Of a stretch of DNA of 64,000 nt, positions 1-11,298 are shown one piece after another. The stretch is from assembly GCA_000165425.1 (NCBI GenBank), contig CT868540.1:558001-622000 (forward strand), in the 5' to 3' direction. Within the stretch, counting starts at the first letter, position 1. Every line of letters starts with the position of its first letter. The stretch is from Paramecium tetraurelia. Lineage: Eukaryota. The position numbers were made by a program, and so were the translations under genes. The notes beneath the pieces were generated by a model, which was not told where the DNA came from, made no database searches, and saw only the letters and a program-made list of their open reading frames with translations.

Positions 1-1276
1 ATTAAAGAAGATAATTTGATATTTTCATATTCATTTTATTAAGGTCTTTATATTTATGACGATAAGGCCTTATGATGAGTTGGTTTTTTACTATGGAGTT
101 AAACCTCTGACTTTTTATCAGCAAATAGATCATCAAATCCAAAGTAGGTTTTTGATATTCTCTTTACGACTTTTGGAATTTAGATGGGACGCTCTATTAC
201 CTGACTATCCATTAAATCTTATTTTTTGGATTATTAAAGTTACTCTTCTCCCTATTAGGTTGGTAGAGTGTTTAATGGATTCACTGAATCACTTAAAGAT
301 AGGTAAGACTATAAACTTAAAACTATATCTGGTTTAAATCTAACTGTAAAATAAGAAAATATAATTTAGTTGACTATTAGTATAATTCTTGCTGTGTCAA
401 TGACATTTTTATAATTAATTACATTATAAAAATTTAGTATTATTATTGGGATTAAAAAAAGCATGAGAGCATTTGACATCATAAAAAATAAAATCCAGAA
501 ATTAACGATAACTATTAATAAATGCAAATCTCAAACCTAAATTTTTCTGCCTACTACTTTGTTCTAAAATTATTTGTATTCCCAATCCCAAAATCACAAA
601 AATACAATAAATCACTATTAATGCAGAAATCCCAAAAAGCATCCAAAACATCCACAATGTGTAGAGCCATTCTGTTTGAAAGTACCCTTCAAGTTTTAAG
701 CACAAAAATATTGATGTTATCAATAAAGTAATGTTTCTGAAAACGTGATACATATTAATTTATGAAATTGATTCTTTAAAGTATAAATTTCCTTCATTAA
801 TTTTTAAAATCATCCAAAGGAGTATATTAACTAAAGGAAGGATGTTTGAATATAATAACAAATCTCTTCTCCTTGATATCTAGTAAAAGTTAAGAATAAG
901 TAAATAAGAACCTTCTACTAAAGTCGATAACAGACTAATTAAAATGTGTTTATCTATTCTAAATAACTTATAAAAAGTGTTATACATGCTGAATTGTAGA
1001 AATATTCGATAAAAATATAACTAATGGATCAATTGCAACAGCAATTTTGATTCGATACAATAAATAACAGATAGCAGATTGCCATCAAAATTCAACTCAA
1101 AGCTAAATAATAAGACTGCAATGACATAAAAAGAATTGGACAGCAATATTGAGCTCAATACTTAAATAGCTTATTCAAATCGAAACCTAAATATAAATAT
1201 GACATTACGTAGGCTGCAACTATGAGATGCTTTCGACAGTTTACGAACTTTATTAAGTACTTAAATCTCTTCTCAT
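1..1276 (-). CDS. Multi-pass membrane protein, 3' end runs off the window (TMEM185-like segment)
   Basis: Code-6 ORF from ATG 1276 (MREEIQVLNK...) reads open through ITSIFLCLKLEGYFQTEWLYTLWMFWMLFG; several hydrophobic helices. Confidence 0.6.
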
Positions 1277-1345
1277 TAGAATAGAAAGGTAAGAAAGAGT
1301 ATTATGATAAATAATTTAATGAAAAATATAGATGTCTATAAAGAA

Positions 1346-2543
1346 TCACAAGTTTTAATTAAACTTCCCTATAAGAGAACCAACTACAGTTTTGTTATTA
1401 TTAGGAGTATGGCTATTCGATTGATTTTTTTTAGGAGTATTTGATAAAACCTTTTTAGGGGTAGTAACTCTGGGAGGCTAAAATAAATTTATATTTTACA
1501 ATTATTGTATATGTTTTTCTTAACTTCGGAGTAATAACAGAGACTTAATTTTAATTTTATTCTTTAATTTTCTATTCAGTTTATTGTTTTCTATCGTTTA
1601 ATTATTGCTAAATCAGCATATCGATGCATTTGCCAACATATTAATTATAAGAATTAAAACTATCTGGTTTATTCACATTTTAAATTTAAGGAGTAGGTAT
1701 TATTGCAATATTCTCCTTAATTTATTGAGTTTAATTTTTCATTTCACGTTATTTTAAATTTTAATAAAATAATTTTAACCCTTCTTTACCAACCCATTAA
1801 AATGCAGGTTTCTTAGATGATGTCAAATGAGTTTTCTTAATTAATCCAATTGATTTTAAAACATTTGCAATATCATACAATCTTCTTACTTTTGTTTTTA
1901 ATTTATTTTGATCAACTTCATTTCCTAAATATTTAGCAGCTTCTTCCAATGTCCAAATTGATTTTTATTACATAAATAACTTAATAAACCCAGCTGATAG
2001 CACTTCCAAAGATTTCTCTCTTTTATGTGTAGTTAAGTCTAAGTCAGATTATTTGTTTGCATACTAATAAATATATTTTATAATAATACTTATTCAATTG
2101 TTTAATAAATAGTTTTGAATCCACTCCAACAATATTTATTTTTACATTTTCTTTTAACTACTTGCAAGCTTTCAAGTATATTGATTATATCGTATATTCT
2201 TCTTCTTTCAACCCCTAAGATTAAATAATACAATACCCAATTCTTCAGTGATCTAATCCAAACATATAATTTTCTCATCATAATCAATTAGGCAACTAAC
2301 AAACTTCTTACTCAATTCCTCCAAACTTTTTTCCTTTCGATTATAAATTTTGTATTTAATTAATTATTTACTAAAAGCATACTAAGAATAATCAATACTT
2401 GTTTGGATAGATAATTTTGAAAATTTTTTTACTCTTGCTTGAAATTCTTTCTAACAATTTCTAATCTTGTTCATCATTGAGTAATGATAATGAGACTAAG
2501 TCTAATAAACATTATATATGTATATACTTTGATCTTCTTCCAT
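1346..2543 (-). CDS. Atypical E2F transcription factor with two DNA-binding domains (E2F7/8 / DEL-like)
   Basis: [15 protein letters not shown]...[18 protein letters not shown] and [17 protein letters not shown]...[22 protein letters not shown]; several small introns; TGA at 1346-1348. Confidence 0.92.
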
Positions 2544-2665
2544 CTTTAGATAAAAATTTTTCCGCTAATTATTATATTCAAATTCAAATTCCAAAAAATT
2601 AGGAAATATATAAATAAAATATCTCAAATTTATATTTTACTAAATTACCTACTTTATTATTATCT

Positions 2666-3801
2666 ATGCAGCATTAGATATATATTGTCTGGTTATAATG
2701 TTCATCCACAAATTAACTAGATATGTTATTCTTTTACTCAGATATCATATGTTTTTATAAATTTAGTTATGTTCTTGTTAGCCTTTTTCTTAGTTAAGTT
2801 TTTGGTCTATGCCTTATGTAATTCATCTATTAATGACTAATCTTTGGATTTTTTGTCTCTTTTCTAATCTTTGATATTAATTTCCTGATAGGGAAGGTGT
2901 TATTGGATATTTGAGTTCATTATAAATTATTGTAACATTTTTTGATGATTTAAGATTGTTCCTCAATAAGGAAACGCCATGTGATGTCAAAAATGGCATT
3001 TTGACTTTTAATTAAATTTATGAAAATCATTTTTTCAAATTTAAGATCATTAGCAAGATCATTAATAATTCTATAGCTGAATTGAATATAATAAATCCTT
3101 TGTGTTACGAATAAGTTAATTTAGATGCGTTTTTTAATATACTTGATAAATTCTGTATAAATAGTCATGATGAAATTTTTTCAAATTTACTAATTGATTA
3201 ATTATAATAATAAATGATTCCATCCAAACCCTTATTTAAGTTTAATAGTCTGATATATTTTGATTTAATTTCAGTTTTATTGACACAAATTTAATAACCC
3301 TTCTATCTTTTCATTAATTAAAACTTTACTTACTTAAAAGGACAATTCAGCATATTTAGCTTTTCTGAGGGTACACTATCCTAATAATTTAATAGTATAA
3401 TCAAGTTAATATTTCTAGAAAACTATCATATTCTTATTCTAAACAAAAATATCCCAATTTAAGGAATGCATTATTGGAGATATAAATTTACTTACAATAA
3501 TTTATGTAATAGTTTTAACTCTTTTATTACATGTTTATAATTAATTTAGATCATATCAAATTTAAATTTTAATTAAAATAAGAATGAGATATGTATTTAC
3601 ATAATTAATTATTTCTCTTTGATACTTTTGGAAAGAACTAAAAGCGAGTTCTTCCTTTATAAATTAGAATTAGGAATGAATTTAAGATTAAAACTTATTC
3701 CTAATTACATATATAATTAATATAATATAAAAGATATGAATATAACAAACCGCTTATTGTTGTAAGTATTTCCCTTACGTCAAAATGAGAAGACCTATTG
3801 A
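2666..3801 (+). CDS. Hypothetical protein (5' end unresolved; may be a pseudogene)
   Basis: 309-codon frame 2875-3801 with no internal TGA in code 6; upstream ATG 2666 is in another frame and needs an unusually long intron or a frameshift. Confidence 0.35.
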
Positions 3802-3999
3802 AAATTAATAAGTTTTAAAGAAATAATATCAGATTTAAACATCATTTCATCAATATTAACAAGTATCTTTCCTTCTATTATGATGAATTGCCATTCTTTT
3901 TGTGATGGTCATATGCAGAATTATTTTTATTAGTATTAATAAAATTTATTCTTTTCCAACCCGTTAGTATTTCAGCATACATTATTTAAATTAAATAAT

Positions 4000-5917
4000 A
4001 TGAAGAGTACTTAAAAAGAAAAGCCCATTCAGGTGGTGAAGTACACTAAAGAAACATAAAAATTTGAAATAACACAGGAGGCTAGAGAATTTTTTCAATA
4101 ATTGGATGGAGACATAGGTTTTGTTGTAGTTTGTGGGAAGTACAGAACAGGCAAAAGCTTCTTGTTAAATAAGTTATTGGATGCAGGAGGAGAAGGAGTA
4201 AGTTTATGATTAAAGTTTAAAGTTTAAAGTTGATGCTGCAACTGACTCTTGCACCTAAGGTATTTGGATGTATACGAAACCGATCATCAATCCAAAGACT
4301 AATCTATAGATCTATTTCTTAGATACCGAAGGAAGTGAGTCAATTGAGAGAACCACAAACCATGATGCAAAAATATTTGCTTTAGCTATTTTAATGAGTT
4401 CTATTTTTGTTTTCAATTCAAGAGGCTGCATAGATGAAACATCCATTTCTCAATTACAATTAACAACGACATTAGCAAAGAATATATAGGTTTAGGATTA
4501 GAATAAGGAATCTGTTAATGAGTCATAAATCAAATATTTTACGCCTAAATTTGTTTGGATTTTAAGAGACTATGTACTTGAAATGAGAGATTAGCAGCAA
4601 AGAGAATTGACACCAAAAGAATACATGGAAAATTGTCTAACAGATGAGAGTTAATATATTAAATAGAATGAATAGAGCAAAAAAATTAGAAAATCATTAC
4701 TTAACTTTTTTAAGGAGAGACACTGCTTCCCATTAATCACTCCTGTCGATGATACTCAACTCAAAAATGTTGATTAATTAGCTTTGAATCAATTAAGACC
4801 TGAATTTTAAAAGACTGTAAATTATATATAATAATCTCAAGTTGATGAAATTGAAGGAATACCTTATTAACAACTGTTCTCCAAAATAAATACATTCTGA
4901 AAATGTGAACGGGAGAATGTTCTGTGCAATGTTGGATAATTACATAAGTGTAATCAATAGGGGAGGTGTTCCTAACATTGATACTGCATGGGATAGTATT
5001 CTGAAGAATGAATGTGCTTAAGGATATGAATAAGCAAAAAAAAACTATTCCAATAATTACACTAATTTCTTCATTCAAAACAAAAATACAAGAAAATTAG
5101 AGGAGACTTTTTAAGTTTTATCATAAATTCGAAGTGAATGCTTTGATACATTTCATCTTATTGCAGGAGTAAGGGAAATGAACAAGCATTATGAAGATTA
5201 CAAATAAAAACTCATAGATTTAATGAATAAAACTGAAAGTGAGATTTTAAATTAAAATGACGAAATTCATCAATCGTAAATCTTGAATTTTATTTAGAAA
5301 AAACCAAGAGATCATAGCGTAAGAAACCAAGAAGGTTTAGGATGATGTGGAAAAGGAGAATTACACTTATGATGATTTACATTTTTTTTCATCTGATTTC
5401 GTAGGGTAATGGCTTAATTAATTTTAGGTTTATATTGAATTATGATAAATAAGCATCTGGTGTTAGGAAGGCAAGTACACTTTACGATTATTTAAAATTA
5501 ACTCATTCAAATCTATTAAAAAAATTAGAGAAATCAATAAGGCAAAAATAGAATAAGAAGGGAGGAACTCAGACTAACATTAATTAAGAATTAGCATAGG
5601 AGATTCGAGACTACGATTCTTAATATAAATTATTAGAATAGAATATTACCTAATAAGATACCTAATTGAAGAAGTTGGAAGTTGAGAAACAAAAATTGGA
5701 TGAAGAAAAAAAGAAATTAAAAGATGAATTAGAGAAGCTTCAAATTAGCAACAAGTAACAAGGACCTAGCCAAATTAACAATGCTGAAAAATAAAAATTG
5801 GATGATGATATAAAGAAGTAGGAAAAGGATAAGCAGGAACTAAGTTTAAGACTAAAAGTATTTAATTACATTTAAATTTAGAATCTTACAAAAAAAAAGA
5901 AGGGCTGTTGTGGATGA
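4000..5917 (+). CDS. Guanylate-binding protein (GBP/atlastin-family GTPase) with coiled-coil tail
   Basis: P-loop GKYRTGKSFLLN, G2 CTQGIWM, G3 FLDTEG, HDAKIFALAILMSS, FVWILRD; ends KKKKGCCG*. Confidence 0.93.
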
Positions 5918-5954
5918 TATTGAATATAATATAATTTATATCTATAAAAATAAA

Positions 5955-6740
5955 ATGGAATTTGAAGTTTAAGAAAATTAAGCTAATAACTCCATATAAG
6001 GAGTTATAAATCTTTAGCCCTAAGTGAATCCAGTCCAAGCTTAGCATTAGGAAATCCCAATTAAGTAAACTGACCTTCAGGTGTCAAGCACACTTGAAGA
6101 AAGTGTAGCAGTCACATTGGTACAAATCAATTTAAAAACTAGCTTCGAGATTTGAGGTAGATAGGAGTAAAACTGAGATGCGTTTTGGTACCGACAATGT
6201 CAACTAACAATGCCAGAGAACTCAGAAATTGTATTTGAATTATTTTTACAATTTTTAGGGGATTTGTGGGGACCATTGGTATTTTGTTTGATGTTAGCAT
6301 TGTATATTTTAGTTTGTAGCTTAGAACTTTGAGTATGAGTGGTAATAATGATGATGGTCCAGGGATATTTGCCACAATATTTGTACTTATTTGGGTTGGC
6401 TCCTTTGTAGTTACTCTAAATGCTTAATTATTGGGTGGGAAAGTGTAAATATAGAAATAAAATTAAGATCATTTTTCCAATCGGTTTGTGTGTTGGGATA
6501 CTGTGTATTTCCAATAAATTTGGGAGCCTTGTTTACTTTATTCTTCTCCTTCTTTTATTTGAAGATGTTTTTGGTGATTGGGTGTTTCCTATGGTCAACC
6601 TACTGTATATTTATATATTGGATTTTATAGCTGCGGTTGGATTTATGAAATTATTGATCCCAGAATAGAAAAGAATATTAGCACTTTACCCAGTGATTCT
6701 ATTCTATTTGTTCTTAAGTTGGTTTGCACTGATAGTTTGA
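5955..6740 (+). CDS. YIPF6: Yip1-domain Golgi membrane protein (YIPF6-like)
   Basis: TLEESVAVTLLRDLRQIGVKL...WDLWGPL...VVTLNAQLLGGK..SFFQSVCVLGYCVFP...LALYPVILFY; five small introns. Confidence 0.92.
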
Positions 6741-6777
6741 ATAACATATTTTATATTAATTTATATATTATTTTATA

Positions 6778-8380
6778 ATGGGGAGTTGTCAGTGTCGTAA
6801 ATTCTGTGAATCTGAGCAAGTTAATTCCAATACACACCTACAAGAAATAGCAACCAATGATGATTATAGGGTTAATAATTAGGAAGGAACCGTTAAAGAT
6901 TTGTTTATCAAGATAAAGACTTGGCAAAAGGAATCATTTTCACTTTTTGATTATGAAAACCAAAGTCATTTGAAAGAGTAGAACTTTTAAGTAAATGGAT
7001 TAATTATAAAAGATAAGCAAGGGAGGATACTTAATTAAAAACAATAACGAATTATAATGGATTGATGATGATGTAGATTGGAATAAGAGTGTAATTAAAT
7101 AGGAACAGATTCTATTCAGAATTGACAAAAATGAAGGAATTTTCAGTATAATAAATAAAAGAGGAGAATGCAAATAAAATTATGAAGAGGACAAGTAAGA
7201 ATAAACAACAAAATATCATGGTGATAATAAAGATTTTTAATAATCAGAAAATCTAGATTAATTAGAAGGAGATGAATTTCATTAGCCCAATGATTTAATT
7301 AAGAAATACAGTCATCATTAAAAAATCAGTATGAGTTAAAGAACTAATACTAAATTAATGGAGAAAGGAAGTAAATTATGGTTGGTGGTAAGATCCATGC
7401 AATCAATGATGAGCAACAATGGAATCAAATTAAAAGAAGGGGATGTCATCAAAATGGGCAGAGTAAAATTCAAGATCCGAGAAATTCAGTTAAATTAAAG
7501 ATAATTGATGTAATCTTCTCTTTTTATTGAAAGATAAGATTCAGATTCTGCAAAATCTAGTTAATCAGATGCCATTACATGCAGAGTCTGTTGCAGCAGT
7601 GCATATAGCAGATCGAATCCACTTGTAAATCCATGCAAATGTACTGGCTCTATTAAATATATACATCTTAACTGTTTAAAAAAATGGTTAAAGTCCAAAT
7701 TCCAAACAAAATAAAGCGATCATTGTATCATTTATATGTGGAAGAATTTGGAATGTGAATTATGTAAATTTAATTATCCACCCATTTTCAAAAGCGATGA
7801 AGGAATATTTGATTTAATAGAATTGAGTAAGCCAACAGAATATCCATATATTTTGATGGAAATCACCCAGAAAAGATATGAAGTATTTATATTTCATAAT
7901 CATATAGGAAATGTAAGAAAATAATATGAGTGAAGATACTTAATGGAATCAATGCAATGGGGTCTATATCATATCTTTTGATAATAATAGTAGTGAGGCA
8001 GAAAATATCAGAATCAATGAACTGAAAATTGGAAGAGCTAATGAAACTGAAATTCGAGTAAATGACATCTCAGTAAGTAGAAATCATGGAACACTTAAAT
8101 TGATAGAAGGATAAATTTATTTGACTGATAATAAATCGAAATTTGGAACATTAATTCTCATCCAATAAACTGTAATTCCCTTGATTTCAGAGTTAAATGG
8201 CATAGAAATGCAAGTGGGTCGAAGTGTTTTATAATTTACTCTTGGTAATAACAATGCCAATTAGTAATCATAATAATAATAATACTTAGAATCTGAGATA
8301 TTCGAGTAATTTAATTGTAATATTATAGTAAAATAATCGGTAGAAATTTTGAGGATGACGAATTGGACTATCTTCAATGA
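6778..8380 (+). CDS. FHA-like / RING-CH (RINGv) / FHA E3 ubiquitin ligase
   Basis: [23 protein letters not shown]...[22 protein letters not shown]...[26 protein letters not shown]...[10 protein letters not shown]-terminus MGSCQC. Confidence 0.88.
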
Positions 8381-8556
8381 ACTATTAATAATTTATGTTT
8401 AACTTTATATCTAATTAATTCATTTAAGATTAATCTAATCCATTGTTGAAAGAATTAAAACAACAATTTTGTAGACAACAATTACAATTCTAATTTGATT
8501 GAATTAAATCAATTAATCTATAAACTAGTAATTAAAGGATATTTATTTATAAATAA

Positions 8557-9436
8557 ATGTCTGAAACTTATCTTTCTTTAAATGACTTTTATGAGTTTAA
8601 ACATGTTAGAACATTAAAAAACAGGCTATCAAATTTATCTTAAAAAAAGAAGCTAACCTTATTTTATTTAAATAAAGCAATGTTAGCAAAGGAGTATGTG
8701 AAAACTAATTTGAGTTGCGATTGTACAGAATTTGGAATATGCAATTAATTTATTAGGAGAATAAAAAAACAATATCCATTCAACGGGACAAGGTACTTAA
8801 TTAATAAAATATAAAGATGGTAGAGAAGGAAGAAGGTTTTAAAAAGATTTAAAGCAGCAATTAATGCTATTCTTTTTATTTTATCATATAAAGTGGAGAC
8901 TATAAAGAAATTCAGAAAAAGGATGCATATTCTTAAAGCTATGCGAAATTTAACAACAATTAAAAAATCTTAGATAACTGTGTTTAATCATTAATAGCAT
9001 AAACCTATAATTAGTATTCCTCAATCTAGATAATCATTGAGGTAATAATTGAAATAAAAAAATAAGGATAAAAACCACTCCTGATGATGAGACTTTTTTT
9101 CATCATACAGCAAATAGTGCTAGAGAACCTAGAAAAAGCCAGGTTTCCTTGTATATGGATAAAATGCTAAAAGACGTTATTCCAAAGTTTGTAGCTCATT
9201 TGAAACCTTTGAGTTATTTAAATTAGAAGTTGATAAAATAAAATAGTGCAAAATCAATAACGCAAGCATCTTTTTCTCAATTCAACAATTTACAAGTTTA
9301 ATCGAATCTACAGAGGTTCCCAACTGTACATGTTGAGTCAATTGCGAATAATCAATACAAAATGAATAACAAGGACCTTTTAAAATTGATAGATTCTCTT
9401 AAGGTTAGACATAGAATTATTAGATGTAAGAAATGA
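8557..9436 (+). CDS. Hypothetical basic protein
   Basis: Code-6 ORF MSETYLSLNDF... with small introns; RRRFQKRFKAAINAILFI segment; TGA 9434-9436. Confidence 0.65.
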
Positions 9437-9499
9437 TTATATAATTTATAATTTATTGATTTTATATACATTCTTCTTTGTTTATAAATTAATTAATAT

Positions 9500-11214
9500 A
9501 TGGACCTTCTAAAAGATCCTGTCAATGATCGATAAGTGAAAACTTTGAAGCCTCCACCTCATCGTCCATTGTCAAGGAATCTAATGTTTCCAGATAAATT
9601 GAAAAGTAATCACAGCATTAACAATAGACAAGCCTGATTGGAAATTGTTGAGAGATCATTTACAAAAGGAAGGCAGAATTGCCAAAGAGGATCTATTTAA
9701 ATTGGTTGCCGATTGTAATAAATTGTTGAGTATATACAATGACATTATTACTAGAAAACGAAGGAAATGTACTATATTTGCAAGATCCACTAACTGTTGT
9801 AGGTGATATACATGGGTAATCTATTAAATTTATCCTTAGTTAATATTATGACTTATTGAAATTGTTGGAGCCCAAAGTGGGAGGAAATCCTGAAAACACA
9901 AAGTAAATTTGAAAATATTAAAATAATAGATATCTCTTTTTGGGAGATTTTGTGGATAGAGGATCATACTCAATAGAAGTAATAGTATTGATGTATGCAA
10001 TAAAATTGAATTTCCAAAATTCAGTATATTTCTTAAGAGGAAATCACGAGTGTAGATAATTGACGGCATTCTTCAATTTCAAAGAAGAATGTTTATACAA
10101 ATATGATTAAGAGACTTACGAGATGTTGATGGATTCATTTGACCTGTTCCCTTTGGCATGCATAATAAACTCTAAATTCATAGCAATTCATGGTGGAATC
10201 TCACCTGATTTGAAATCAATAGAAGATATCAAGAAGATAGAAAGATACCATGAACCTCCTAGATAAGGATTGTTTTGTGATTTGCTATGGAGTGATCCAG
10301 TCGATCAAGAATAGGGTTATTTGGATACTGCATGGAAATCGAATGAAGTAAGAGGATGCAGTTGGTTTTTTGGAGGGGATTCAGCAAATAAGTTTCTATA
10401 AAGGAATAATTTAATTTCTATTATCAGAGCTCATGAAGTAAAATAAATAAATAAGATAAGGCATAATTGGATGGATATAAAATGCATAGATGGAATGGTG
10501 GTTAAGACTTTCCAGTTGTCATAACTATTTTCAGTGCTCCGAATTACTGCGATGTCTACAACAATAGAGGAGCAGTCATCAAATTTGAAAATAACACTTT
10601 GAATATACAGTAATATCAATACACCCCTCATCCCTATTTATTACCTAATTTTATGGATATATTTACATGGTCAATTCCATTTGTGTCTGAAAAAAGTAAG
10701 TTCTTAATTTAATATCATTTTAGTAACTGAAATGTTATATCATATCTTATAAACAGATATTTAGGGAGACGATGATGAGTAAATCAGTGAATCAGATATA
10801 TAGCAATTCAAATAGTTGACCAAATAGACTGGATTACAAAAATAATCCACCACTGGTAGTTCACAAGGAGCATAGAAAAGTAAGTTATTAACATATCGTA
10901 CTTAGACACTGAGAAATTGAAGAATAAAATCAAATTCGTATCTACAATGATGAAAATGTAAAGAACCCTCAGAGAAGAGAGAGAAAGTATTATCTAATTA
11001 AAAGGTGCTTGTCCAGATAAAAGATTGCCAAGAGGCATTCTAATGAAGGGAAAAGATGCCATTAATGATTGTAAAATTGAATACTATATTGTTAGAGCTT
11101 GCTGATTTTACTACTGCCAAAAGTGTAGATCTAATTAATGAAAAAATGCCTTATGCTCAAATACCACAAGAATCCATTCAAATAAAAAAACCATCAACAT
11201 AGAGGAAAAAATGA
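9500..11214 (+). CDS. CNA: Calcineurin A (PP2B catalytic subunit)
   Basis: GDIHG, GDFVDRG, LRGNHE, SAPNYCD; CnB-binding [24 protein letters not shown]; CaM-binding [23 protein letters not shown]; autoinhibitory DLINEKMP. Confidence 0.97.
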
Positions 11215-11298
11215 TTTCTATATTTTTATGTATATTTATTCAGAAATGATAATTGCATATATAAACTTCAAAAATCTAAAATTATTATTATTATTAGT

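Noticed and set aside
2738..3000. Minus-strand ORF MPFLTSHG...KTYDI
   Set aside because: Short, blocked by an upstream TGA, and overlaps a much longer plus-strand frame; ORFs this long arise by chance with a single stop codon
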